Positions 39,145 to 48,792 of a stretch of DNA of 64,000 bases are shown here, in pieces (the stretch's first letter is position 1; the number at the start of each line of letters is the position of its first letter). The DNA is taken from contig CBDCXV010000001.1 of the NCBI GenBank assembly GCA_965223905.1, positions 32,001 to 96,000 on the forward strand. Direction: 5' to 3'. The position numbers and the translations under genes were made by a program. This DNA comes from Candidatus Latescibacterota bacterium. Lineage in GTDB: Bacteria > Latescibacterota > UBA2968 > UBA8231. A model generated the notes under the pieces. That model did no database searches and had not been told where the DNA came from. It saw only the letters and a list, made by a program, of their open reading frames with translations.

Positions 39145-40146
39145 ATGGGAAACGTCCCACCCGAAAGCGGTATCCGCGTGCCCGCAGGCGACCTGCGCCG
39201 CCTCGTGCAGTCGCTGTTCGAGCGCGTCGGCATGAGCACCGCGCACGCAAGCACCATGGCAGAGCTGCTGGTGATCACCGACCTGCGCGGCGTCGTCAGC
39301 CACGGCACCTTCCAGACCGCCGGGTACTGCCGCATGATCCTCGACGGCCGGGTCAACCCCACCCCCGACATCGAGGTGGTCCGGGAGTCGACGACGGCGC
39401 AGACCCTCGACGGCGACGGCGGCATGGGCCACCTGCCCTGCAGGCAGGGGGCGGAGTGGGCGGTCGAGCGCGCCCTCGAGCACGGGGCGGCCGCGGTCAC
39501 CACGCGCAACCACTTCCACTTCGGGGGGGCCGGCAAGTACTCGCGCATGGCCGCGGCCCGCGACTGCATCGGGATCGCCGTATCCTCCCACCGCTACCAT
39601 CCCCGGCCCGGCAGCATTCTCGGGATCAAGGGTTCCTCGCCGATCAGCATCGCCCTGCCCGCGGGCGAGCAGCCGCCGATGGTGCTCGACATGTCCTCCT
39701 CGTTCCTGCCTTACGACGACGAGCTTTTCGAGCGCGCGCCCTTCGCCTACTTCAAGGAGATGGGGATCGCCGCGTCCGCCTACGGGCTCGGGGGAGTACT
39801 TGCCGGGATTTACAGGCCGGAATTCATCCCCCCCGCTTCACGGTGGGAATCGAACCAGGGCTCCTTCCTCGCCGCCTTTTCCGTCGAGAGCTTCATGGAC
39901 CCGGATGAATACAAGGCGGAGATGGACCGCTGGATCGGTGAGGCGCGCGCCCTCGATCCGCTCCCCGGGTACGACAGCGCCGAGCTGCCGGGAGGCCTGG
40001 AGTGGCGGCGGGAGCGGGAGTACGCCGAGGAGGGCCTCCCGGTCGGCGACGAGACCCGCCGCAGCCTCGAGGAGATCGCCGCGGAGCTCGACGTCGAGAC
40101 GCCGTTCTCCCGCTACCTGCACACCCGCTTCGGAGACGAGGCATGA
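39145..40146 (+). CDS. Ldh_2 (type 2 malate/L-lactate dehydrogenase-like) oxidoreductase
   Basis: DLRGVVSHG, LDGDGGMG, RNHFHFG, VLDMS, LPGGLE; GGGAGG RBS. Confidence 0.88.
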   Translation: MGNVPPESGIRVPAGDLRRLVQSLFERVGMSTAHASTMAELLVITDLRGVVSHGTFQTAGYCRMILDGRVNPTPDIEVVRESTTAQTLDGDGGMGHLPCRQGAEWAVERALEHGAAAVTTRNHFHFGGAGKYSRMAAARDCIGIAVSSHRYHPRPGSILGIKGSSPISIALPAGEQPPMVLDMSSSFLPYDDELFERAPFAYFKEMGIAASAYGLGGVLAGIYRPEFIPPASRWESNQGSFLAAFSVESFMDPDEYKAEMDRWIGEARALDPLPGYDSAELPGGLEWRREREYAEEGLPVGDETRRSLEEIAAELDVETPFSRYLHTRFGDEA

Positions 40147-41132
40147 GCGACCGCGTGCTCGGAACCTGCGTCATCGAATTCCGCGGCCGCGAGCCGGCCC
40201 GCCGCCTCGTCGAGGAAGCGGGGTTCGAGTTCGTCCACCGGCAGGGGAGCGCCCCCTGGCCGAACGAGGAGACCCGGGAAAAGCTGGCCGGGTTCAGCGG
40301 CATTCTCGCCGGGGGGGAGTACTTCACCCCCCATACAATGGAGCTTGCGGGCGATCTCAGGGTGATCGCCCGCAACGGAGTCGGCTACGACCGCGTCGAC
40401 CTCGACCTCTGCACCGAACGGGGCATCGTCGTCACCAACACCCCGGGAGCCATGGCGGACGCGGTGGCCGACCACGCCATGGCCCTGCTGCTGGCCGCGG
40501 TGCGCCACATCGTCCCTGGGGACCGGACGGTGAAGTCCGGCGGCTACCAGGTCGCGATCTCCGAGGACCTGTGCGCGATGACCCTCGGGCTGATCGGCTG
40601 CGGCCACATCGGCGCCCAAGTGGTCCGGCGCGCCCTCGGCTTCGGGATGGGCGTCCTCGTCGACGACCCCTTCCTCGAGCCGGGGCGGCTGCAGGAGCTC
40701 CGCGCCCAACCCGCGAGCCGCGAGCGGCTGCTGGCCGAGTCGGACGTCGTCAGCCTGCACCTGCCGATGTCGGAGGAGAACGCCGGGCTCGTCGACGCCG
40801 GCTTCCTCGCCGCGATGAAGAAGGGCAGCTATCTCATCAACACGGCGAGGGGAGGCCTGGTGGACGAGAAGGCCCTGATCGCCGCGCTCGAGAGCGGCCA
40901 TCTCGCCGGCGCCGGCCTCGACTGCCAGGCGACGGAGCCGCCGCAGGGGACGTCGCTGCGGCTCGTGCAGATGCCCACCGTCGTCGCCATGCCGCACTCC
41001 GCCTCGAGCACGGTCACGGCGCGGGAGCGGATGTCGATCGCCGCCGCCCAATCGATCGTCGACTGCCTGCAGGGACGGGTCCCCCGGTTCGTCGTCAACC
41101 GGGAAGTGCTGGAGAAGCTCGACCTCCGGTAG
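40143..41132 (+). CDS. D-2-hydroxyacid dehydrogenase (phosphoglycerate dehydrogenase-like)
   Basis: GVGYDRVD, GCGHIG, INTARGGLVDE, MPHSAS. Confidence 0.9.
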   Translation: MSDRVLGTCVIEFRGREPARRLVEEAGFEFVHRQGSAPWPNEETREKLAGFSGILAGGEYFTPHTMELAGDLRVIARNGVGYDRVDLDLCTERGIVVTNTPGAMADAVADHAMALLLAAVRHIVPGDRTVKSGGYQVAISEDLCAMTLGLIGCGHIGAQVVRRALGFGMGVLVDDPFLEPGRLQELRAQPASRERLLAESDVVSLHLPMSEENAGLVDAGFLAAMKKGSYLINTARGGLVDEKALIAALESGHLAGAGLDCQATEPPQGTSLRLVQMPTVVAMPHSASSTVTARERMSIAAAQSIVDCLQGRVPRFVVNREVLEKLDLR

Positions 41133-41156
41133 GGTCCGGAAGAGTTGGCGGCCAGG

Positions 41157-41933
41157 CTACGGCCGCGGCGGCGGGGTCGAATTGCCTGGCATGAAGAACT
41201 CGTACTTGTCGCGGTCGCCGTACCCCTCGATTTCGGCGGGGGAGATGCCCGGGCTCTCCATGGCGGCGCGCACGATCCGCTTGTTGAAGGGGTGCACGTT
41301 CCCGTCTCCGAGGTAATCGGCGACCGGCATCCACAGACTCTCGGCGATCTCCTCCTCCTGGATCGAGATCTCCTCCGAGACCGGGTGCAGCCGGCAGACG
41401 AAGTAGATGTCCGACTTGCCGTAGCGGTACCCGTGCCAGTGGCGGAAGCAGACCAGGGCGTCGAACTCCGTCTCCACCCCCGTCTCCTCCTGCACCTCCC
41501 GCATCACCCCTTCGACGAGATGCTCCCCCTCCTTCAGCGCCCCGCCGGGCAGCTTGTAGCGCGGAGGACTGCTCCCGGCGCGGTGATACCTCTCGCTGAC
41601 CACCAGCAGCTCCCGGCGGCTGTTCAAGGTCACCCCTCCGGCGCCGATGTAGTGGGAGGCGTACGACGGAATGAAGGCTCCGGGATCCAATCGATGCGTC
41701 AGCATCAGGTAGTCGTCGCCGCTGTGGTGGAAGGCGAACCCGGCCTCGACCGCCACCGGGATCAGCGCCGACAGCGAAATCGGAATCTCCAGCCAGACCA
41801 CGCGGTATTCGGAACGCCAGGAATCGAGCGACTCGCCGAGGTCGTGGGCGAAGCGGTGCGGGTCGGTCTGCAGACCGCCGGGATCGACGATGACCCCGCC
41901 GAAAGGGTTTTCACTGCTCGTTAGTACGGGCAT
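41157..41933 (-). CDS. NUDIX hydrolase (NUDT6-like)
   Basis: Nudix box GGALKEGEHLVEGVMREVQEETG; N-terminal NPFGGVIVD; SDIYFVCRL. Confidence 0.9.
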   Translation of the reverse strand: MPVLTSSENPFGGVIVDPGGLQTDPHRFAHDLGESLDSWRSEYRVVWLEIPISLSALIPVAVEAGFAFHHSGDDYLMLTHRLDPGAFIPSYASHYIGAGGVTLNSRRELLVVSERYHRAGSSPPRYKLPGGALKEGEHLVEGVMREVQEETGVETEFDALVCFRHWHGYRYGKSDIYFVCRLHPVSEEISIQEEEIAESLWMPVADYLGDGNVHPFNKRIVRAAMESPGISPAEIEGYGDRDKYEFFMPGNSTPPPRP

Positions 41934-42174
41934 TGCAGATGGGAAGGTTGGATGCTGGAAAAGTCGGCCCTGCTCGCTTCGTACGGGGCGCGGGAACTGC
42001 CCGGGCCTTCCGGAGCGATTCACCACGGGCCGGGACATGTGAATGACACTTCGGAGCCCCGGAGCGTTGGCCGGCGAGCCTCCGGATCCGGGACGGCCGT
42101 AGACGTAGCTAGCGGCACCCGGCCCTGTCAACAGGCTCCGGGGGGCTCGGCGCTACCGCTGACTTTCGACAGGC

Positions 42175-43623
42175 GTGGCGGGCTGCCGCTGGCTTTGCCG
42201 GGCGTTTTCTGGAGCCGTAGGTTCGCCCCATGGAACACACCCCGTCGCGAAAACCGCTGCACCGGCCCACTGCCCCGTAGCCGCCGAGGTGCTCTCCTTG
42301 GAAATCGCCCGCCTCCTCGCAGGCCCGGCAACCGTAAGCCTGTCGTTCCTACTCGCAGCAGGTCAGGTCGAGCCGGTCGCCAGCCATTTCTACCTCTTCG
42401 CCTGGTACGGGCTGATCATCACCTGCGACCAGTGGGTGCGCAGGCTCGAAGGGAGGTCGCTGATCTCCCGCTGCGGACCGGGCTTCGGCCTGCTGATGCT
42501 CTGGTCCGCCGCGGCCTGGTTCTTCTTCGAGCTGATCAACCTCCGCCTCGAGAACTGGTATTACGTACTCGTCACCGACCGCGACTGGATTCGGGCGGCA
42601 GGAGTCTTCCTCGCCTTCGCCACGGTCTTTCCCGGAATCTTCTTCATCGCCCACCTGCTCTCCTGCCTGGGATTTTCACGGTCGATACGAGGACCGTCGC
42701 TGCCCGTGACGCCCCGGCGGCTGGCGCTGCTCCAGGTCGCCGGGGCAGCCTGCCTCCTGCTCGCACTCTGGTTCCCCAGCTACTGCTTTCCCCTGGCCTG
42801 GATCTTCGCGGTCGCCGCAATCGCTCCGATCAACTACCGGCGCGGCATCGACGGCCTGCTCAGGCAGCTCGAAGCCGGGGAGTACGCCCCGACCCTGCGG
42901 ATGTTGCTGGCGGGCCTGATCGCCGGGGGATTCTGGGAGCTGTTCAACTTCTGGTCGCGAGCCAGGTGGATCTACACGGTGCCGTTCTTCGAGGAGCTCA
43001 AGCTCTTCGAAATGCCGCTGGCCGGATTTCTCGGGTTTCCCCCTTTTGCGGTGGAGTGCGCCTGCCTCTACCGCCTTCTCGTGTGGCACCGGCTGGCACC
43101 GGCTTTCGGGGAGTTTTCAGGGCGGCAGCGGCACCGGAACCGGCCTCTGCTCCTACCGTTGGCAGCCGCAGCAGCGCTGCTGTTCTCCGCGGCCGTCTAC
43201 AGGGAGGTGGAGGAGCGCACCATAACCTCGCTGACGCCTCGCGTCGAAAGGGTGGAAGTCCTTGACCCGGAGGCGCGGGCAGCCTTGCGGGAAACCGGGG
43301 TTCGCTACCTGACGCAGCTTCAGGGCTTCGGTTCGGACCGACACTGGCAGGCGATTGCCGGCATCCTCGGCGAAGGGGAAGTCGCCGCCCTGAAACGCAC
43401 CGCTGAACTGTACCTCCACCAGGGAATCGGGGTGCGCTGGGGGAATCTCCTTCACAGGGCGGGAATCCAGAGCCTCGAGAACCTGCGCGGCCTGGAAGCG
43501 GATGAGGTTCTCGAGCGCTTGCAGGCTACTGCAATGGAAGGTGAGAGGTTGCCGCGTGCAGCCCAGATCTGTGTCTGGCGCAGAAGGCTGCCCGGGCCGG
43601 AACCCCGCGCTTTTGGTTTTTGA
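42175..43623 (+). CDS. Multi-pass membrane protein with C-terminal DUF4332-like HhH domain (start uncertain, probably ~42290)
   Basis: WFFFELIN, FWELFNFW, LFEMPLAGFLGFPPF; C-terminal GIG....LL..AGI.SLE.L. Confidence 0.75.
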   Translation: MAGCRWLCRAFSGAVGSPHGTHPVAKTAAPAHCPVAAEVLSLEIARLLAGPATVSLSFLLAAGQVEPVASHFYLFAWYGLIITCDQWVRRLEGRSLISRCGPGFGLLMLWSAAAWFFFELINLRLENWYYVLVTDRDWIRAAGVFLAFATVFPGIFFIAHLLSCLGFSRSIRGPSLPVTPRRLALLQVAGAACLLLALWFPSYCFPLAWIFAVAAIAPINYRRGIDGLLRQLEAGEYAPTLRMLLAGLIAGGFWELFNFWSRARWIYTVPFFEELKLFEMPLAGFLGFPPFAVECACLYRLLVWHRLAPAFGEFSGRQRHRNRPLLLPLAAAAALLFSAAVYREVEERTITSLTPRVERVEVLDPEARAALRETGVRYLTQLQGFGSDRHWQAIAGILGEGEVAALKRTAELYLHQGIGVRWGNLLHRAGIQSLENLRGLEADEVLERLQATAMEGERLPRAAQICVWRRRLPGPEPRAFGF

Positions 43624-43654
43624 ATTCGGAAGCCAACCCGGAAAGAGTGGTCAC

Positions 43655-44340
43655 ATGCGAACCCCAATTTTCTCGATTCCGATTTTCTTTGTAATGACAT
43701 GGTCTCTACGGATGCGCAGTTCCAAGACCGGCTGTATCCGTTCATCGAGCTGACCGACGAGATGCGGGATCGCATCGACCTCAAGGACGGCTCCGTGGAT
43801 GACTGGTTGGAAGTCCTCGGCGAACCGACGTTGACGCCCCTGGATTTGGCACCCTACCCGAATTGGGGGGGACAGTACGATCCCTCCTCCTTCGACTTCC
43901 GCATCTGGCTGGCCTGGCACCATGGCGGTAATCACCTTTTCGTAGCAGCGGAGATGGTCGACGATTTTGTCCACGAGCGTTCCAACGACCGTTTCACAAG
44001 CGGACCAGGAATAACCAACGGCGACTTATCCCTGTGGTTTTTTGTCGACGGGGACAGGAGCGGTGGAAGCCTGTTCATCGACAACGCATCCGGGCTCACA
44101 AATCACATGGAGCAGGCACAATGTTACAGCGCGTTTCCTGGTTCATATGACGACGGCACCAACGTCTTTCTGCCTTGGGTCAGTCGTGATACCCCGGATT
44201 GGGTGCACCAGCCACCCCATGCCGACGGCGGCGGCGCCGTGATCGACAGCGAGCCACGCTTCGGCGTGTTGGAGTTTTACGCCACCCCATTCGATCGCCT
44301 GATCTGGGATGACCAGGACCAAAGTATCGTCTCCCCGTGG
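43655..44340 (+). pseudogene. Broken copy of the secreted family seen at 63088
   Basis: The signal-peptide ATG at 43655 is out of frame with the mature part (LYPFIELTD...DGSVDDW...GEPTLTPLD...YDP..FDFRIWL.WH). Similarity to the 63088 paralog stops at ~44335. Confidence 0.7.
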
Positions 44341-44645
44341 AGGGTACCGCTGTCGACAAAGTATCATGGGCCCGCATCAAGGCCAGCCTTTCGGAATAGC
44401 CGCACCGTATCCGGTAAATGGCCCGGAAACTGGTTGAGCTCCGCACTTGCGGGGACGGTCAGCCGCCCCTTTTCTTGAACGTCGCTGACACAGCTGCTCA
44501 GGAGCACCGTTTCCGGAATTCCCGTCCCGCTACGTAGTCTGTCTCTTTTCTGATTGAATCGCACGCCGCCCTTCGGGGCCGTCAACGGACTGGCGCCCCC
44601 CTGGGCAGTTGAACCCCGGCCATAACCCGACAACCCCGGTAACCG

Positions 44646-45452
44646 ATGCCCGCCATCCTCTGTCCCAGATGCCACAAGCTGATAAGCAGCTCCGAAGCGC
44701 GCTGTCCCTTTTGCGGCCAGGTAAGGCCCGGGATGTGGGGTTTCACCTCGTGGTTCCGCAAGCTGGGGCTGTCCATCGATTTCCCCAACCTGATCACGAC
44801 GGTGTGCGTCATCCTCTACATCGTAGGATTGGCGATGGATCCCGGGGCGATCTTCACCACCTTCGACCTGTTCCGCTTTCTCGCGCCGAGCGGGACCGCC
44901 ACTCTGAAGCTCGGCATGACCGGGGTCGTGCCGGTGATGGTGCACGGGCACTGGTGGACGATGATCACGGCGATCTATCTGCACGGAGGCCTGCTGCACA
45001 TCCTCTTCAACATGCTGTGGGTACGGCAGCTTGGACCGATGGTCAGCGAGCTGTTCGGGCCGTTCCGGCTGTTCACCATCTTCACCGTTTCGGGCGCCTG
45101 CGGTTTCGCCCTCTCGGTGCTGATGGGAAACGCCTACACCCTCGGGGCCTCCGGGTCGATCTTCGGGTTGCTGGCCGCCGCCATCGTCTTCGGCCGCCAG
45201 CGCGGCAGCTCCATGTTCACCCGCCACTTCCTGCAGTGGGCGATAATTCTCTTCATCTTCGGCTTCCTCTTCGCCGGCGTCGACAACTGGGCCCACGCTG
45301 GCGGGTTCGCCGGCGGCTACGTCACCGCCTACGCCTTCAGCCGCGATTTCGGCGCCCGCGAGGGAATCGGCACCTACCTGCTGGCCGGCGCCCTGCTGGC
45401 CCTGACCGTCCTCGCCTTCCTGTTCCAGTTCATCGCCGTCATATCCGCGTGA
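44646..45452 (+). CDS. Rhomboid intramembrane serine protease with N-terminal zinc ribbon
   Basis: CPRC..CPFC; LHGGLLHILFN; GASG; AHAGG. Confidence 0.92.
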   Translation: MPAILCPRCHKLISSSEARCPFCGQVRPGMWGFTSWFRKLGLSIDFPNLITTVCVILYIVGLAMDPGAIFTTFDLFRFLAPSGTATLKLGMTGVVPVMVHGHWWTMITAIYLHGGLLHILFNMLWVRQLGPMVSELFGPFRLFTIFTVSGACGFALSVLMGNAYTLGASGSIFGLLAAAIVFGRQRGSSMFTRHFLQWAIILFIFGFLFAGVDNWAHAGGFAGGYVTAYAFSRDFGAREGIGTYLLAGALLALTVLAFLFQFIAVISA

Positions 45453-46105
45453 GCGCGGAACTCCTGGCCTTCTTCGACCGCGACGGCCGCAGGCTCGGTT
45501 CCAAGACCCGAGCCGAGGTGCACGGGGACGGGGACTGGCACTGGCTGGTGTTCGTCTGGTGCGCCTGGCTGCGCGGCGCCGAGCCGGTTCTGCTGCTGCA
45601 GCAACGCGGGCGCCGCGGCGATCCCTTCGTCCGCAGTCTCGATGCCCCGGCAGGGGGCCACGTCATGGCCTCCGAGTCGCACCGGCAGGCGGGAGTGCGC
45701 GAGTTCGAGGAGGAGGCCGGCATCCTCCTCGGGGAGCGGGATCTGCACTATCTCGGCAGCACCCGGCTCGAAGGGCAGGAGCGGAATTGCTCCCGTGTTA
45801 TCCAGCACTCCTACCTGGTGGTCCGCGAAATCGGACTGGAGGAGGTGTCGTTCAGCGAGGAGAGCGACGGCTTCCTCCACGCGCCGCTGAAACCGCTGCT
45901 GCAGTTGCTCGAGGGGAAAACGCAGAGTGTCGAGGCGACTGTCCGCTATGCGGGGGGGCCCGGAGAACCGGGGCGCACGGCTGTCACCTCAGAGGCCTTC
46001 GCACGCTATCCGGCCGACATCGCCGCGGTGATCGCGAAGTCGCTGCGGGCCATCGAGCTGTATCTCGCCGAGGGGGGAAAGGTCGATCCGCTGCTCTGGA
46101 GGTGA
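45449..46105 (+). CDS. NUDIX hydrolase (isopentenyl-diphosphate isomerase-like)
   Basis: RAEVH.DG.WH, LLQQR, GGHV..SE.....VREFEEEAG; GTG overlaps the rhomboid stop. Confidence 0.8.
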   Translation: MSAELLAFFDRDGRRLGSKTRAEVHGDGDWHWLVFVWCAWLRGAEPVLLLQQRGRRGDPFVRSLDAPAGGHVMASESHRQAGVREFEEEAGILLGERDLHYLGSTRLEGQERNCSRVIQHSYLVVREIGLEEVSFSEESDGFLHAPLKPLLQLLEGKTQSVEATVRYAGGPGEPGRTAVTSEAFARYPADIAAVIAKSLRAIELYLAEGGKVDPLLWR

Positions 46106-46476
46106 TACGGCTGCCCGGTCGGGTGTTCCTTCGCCTTCGTTACAGAGACGCGCTACCGGGTCGAATGGGCGGGGATTCGGAAGGGAAGGCACGCCGCATT
46201 CGGAACGCTCTTCGAGCGTTTCAGGGAACGGCTAAGCCGTTCCCAACACGAACCCGAAGGGTTCGCGCCAGCATGGTCGCGGTGCGCAGCCCGGATGACG
46301 CCTGAGCGAGTCGTACCGACCGTGTACTGCGAGCGAAGGCAACCCCGCGAGCCGGGGTCGAGGGAAAAAATCGCACAGATGAGGCTCCGATTGAACCGCT
46401 TGAACCGCGATTTTTCCCTCAAGGTCGGTGGGAGGAGGAATTGGTGAATTTGGTGAATATTGATGGGACAGCGCAC

Positions 46477-47130
46477 TCAGGCGAGGACCAGCACCTGCCC
46501 GTCCTCGACGCGGACCTCGTAGGACTCGACGGCGCGCCCCGGATGGGAGAGGCACTCGCCGCTGGCGACGTCGAACTGCCAGCCGTGGCGGCTGCAGGTG
46601 ACGGTGCTACCGTCCAGGCTGCCGAGCCCGAGGTAGCCGCCCTGGTGCAGGCAGGTGTTGGAGATGGCCAGGAAACGCCCGCCGGCGTTGAAGACGGCAA
46701 TGGGCTTGTCTCCCACTCCCACCTGCACGACCTTGGCGCCGTTCTCCTCGATCTCGTCCGCCCTGGCGACTGCGGTCCATTCCGCCTCCGCCGCGGGCTC
46801 CTCGGCGCTGCCCGGAAGATCGAGGGAGCGCAGCACCTGGATCGCGTCGACGACGTTCACGAGGCCGGCCGCCGGGTAGGCGCACAGGATGGCGTCGATC
46901 ACCTCGTCGCGGCTCGCCCCTTCGCGCATGGCGCGCGGGATGTACTGGCGCAGTCCGCGCGGCGAGAAGTTGACGACCTTGGTGACGATGGAGATCAGGA
47001 AGCGCGTCTTGGGATCGAGGTGCCGCCCCGACTCGCGGAAGAACGACAGCAGGTGACCCATCGCCTCGGGGCGCTCCTGCGACAGCCACTGCAGGCCGCT
47101 GATATTCTTTTTCTCTTCGCCGTCGCTCAC
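46477..47130 (-). CDS. Carboxymuconolactone decarboxylase (CMD)-like domain fused to a Rieske [2Fe-2S] domain
   Basis: LDPKTRFLISI...A.REGASRDEV.DAI, then CLHQGG and CSRHGWQFD. Confidence 0.85.
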   Translation of the reverse strand: MSDGEEKKNISGLQWLSQERPEAMGHLLSFFRESGRHLDPKTRFLISIVTKVVNFSPRGLRQYIPRAMREGASRDEVIDAILCAYPAAGLVNVVDAIQVLRSLDLPGSAEEPAAEAEWTAVARADEIEENGAKVVQVGVGDKPIAVFNAGGRFLAISNTCLHQGGYLGLGSLDGSTVTCSRHGWQFDVASGECLSHPGRAVESYEVRVEDGQVLVLA

Positions 47131-47266
47131 GGTGCCGCCTCCCGGAATGAAATTCGCCTGGAGTATACAGGTCCCCCCGGGAGAGTCAATTTGGCCGCGC
47201 CCGGAACCGCCGCCGGAACCGCAATTCGTTGAATGGGAACTGCCGAATACCGAATTTATTCTCTTC

Positions 47267-48010
47267 ATGATCACCGTTGACAAAGTCACCAGGAAATACG
47301 GGGCCCTGACCGCGGTCGACGACGTCAGCTTCACCGTCGGCCGGGACGAGATCGTCGGCTTCGTCGGTCCCAACGGGGCCGGCAAGAGCACCGTCCTCAA
47401 GATGCTGTCGACCTACATCTACCCGACCGCCGGCACCATCTCGGTCGCCGGCTTCGACGCCGCCGAACAGCCTCTCGAGGTGCGCCGCGCCATCGGCTAC
47501 CTCGCCGGCGACACGCCGCTCTACCGCGACATGCGCGTCGACGACTTCCTCCGCTTCGTCGCCAGGGCCCGCGGCCTGCGGGAGGGTGAGCTCGAGCCGC
47601 AATTCGAGCGCACCGTCGAGCTGTGCGGCATCGGCTCGGTGCTGCCGCAGCGCATCTCCCAGTGCTCCACCGGGTTCCGGCAGCGCCTCGGCCTCGCCTC
47701 GGCGATGATCCACGACCCCCCCATCCTCCTGCTCGACGAGCCGACCCACGGCTTCGATCCGCTGCAGGTGATCGCCTTCCGCGAAATGCTGCGCGAGCTG
47801 AAGTCCGGGCGCGCCATACTCTTCAGCACCCACATCGTCCCCGACGTCGAGGCGATCAGCGACCGCGTGCTGATCATCCACCAGGGCCGGCTTCTCGGCG
47901 ACGGCACCATACAGGAGCTCGCCGCCGGGTCCGGCATGGAGGGGGCCGCTCTGGAAGAGATCTTCGCGCACCGGGTGCGCGCCAGCTCAGGGGACGATGG
48001 CGGCCGCTAG
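47267..48010 (+). CDS. ABC transporter ATP-binding protein (GldA-like)
   Basis: GPNGAGKST, STGFRQR, LLLDEPT, STH. Confidence 0.93.
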   Translation: MITVDKVTRKYGALTAVDDVSFTVGRDEIVGFVGPNGAGKSTVLKMLSTYIYPTAGTISVAGFDAAEQPLEVRRAIGYLAGDTPLYRDMRVDDFLRFVARARGLREGELEPQFERTVELCGIGSVLPQRISQCSTGFRQRLGLASAMIHDPPILLLDEPTHGFDPLQVIAFREMLRELKSGRAILFSTHIVPDVEAISDRVLIIHQGRLLGDGTIQELAAGSGMEGAALEEIFAHRVRASSGDDGGR

Positions 48011-48788
48011 CGAATCCCCGGCCGCAGCCGGTTCCTCCTCCCGCGACCCGGGATTCGTCGCAGGCACCTGGGTAGTCGTGCAGCGGGAGCTCGCCGCCTG
48101 TTTCGACTCGCCCATCGCCTACATCTACGCCACGGTCTTCCTCGTGCTTTCCGGCACCACCTTCATGAACTCCTTCTTCCTGCGCTCCGTCGCCGACATG
48201 TCCCCCTTCTTCGAAACCCTGCCGTTCCTGCTGATTCCGTTCGTCCCGGCGATGACGATGCGCACCTGGTCCGAGGAGCACGCCCAGAACACCTTCGAGC
48301 TGATCATGACCCTGCCGCTGCGGTCGATCCAGTTCGTCGCCGGCAAGTACGCCGCCGCCCTGCTGTTCTACCTCCTCGTGCTGGCCGGCACCACGCCGAT
48401 CGCGGTGATGCTGTTCTGGCTCGGAGACCCCGACTTCGGACTGATCTTCTCCAGCTACCTCGGGGCCTTCTTCCTCGGGTCGTTCTTCCTCTCGTTCGGC
48501 GTCTTCGTTTCCGGCCTGACGCAGAACCAGATCGTCTCCTTCGTGCTCGCCACGCTGCTGGGGTTCCTGTTCGTCCTCAGCGGCCACGAAAAGGTAGTTG
48601 CCGTGCTCGACGGCCTGGCCCCGGGATGGGAGCTGGGCAGCCGGATCTACCAGTCGGTCTCCGTCATGCCGCACTACGAGGCCTTCACCCGCGGCGTCGT
48701 CGGGCTCGACGGGTTGCTCTATTTCCTGCTGATGGGCGCCTTCTTCCTGTGGATGAACGAGATCACCCTCAAGCGCATCAAATACTGA
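47997..48788 (+). CDS. ABC-2 permease (GldF-like)
   Basis: RELAACFDSPIAY, PAMTMRTWSEE, SGLTQNQIVSF. Confidence 0.88.
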   Translation: MAAASESPAAAGSSSRDPGFVAGTWVVVQRELAACFDSPIAYIYATVFLVLSGTTFMNSFFLRSVADMSPFFETLPFLLIPFVPAMTMRTWSEEHAQNTFELIMTLPLRSIQFVAGKYAAALLFYLLVLAGTTPIAVMLFWLGDPDFGLIFSSYLGAFFLGSFFLSFGVFVSGLTQNQIVSFVLATLLGFLFVLSGHEKVVAVLDGLAPGWELGSRIYQSVSVMPHYEAFTRGVVGLDGLLYFLLMGAFFLWMNEITLKRIKY

Positions 48789-48792
48789 CCCG

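Noticed and set aside
46391-46465. Short tandem repeats TTGAACCGC x2 and TTGGTGAAT x2
   Set aside because: Only two units each and no spacers; not CRISPR or a convincing iteron set.
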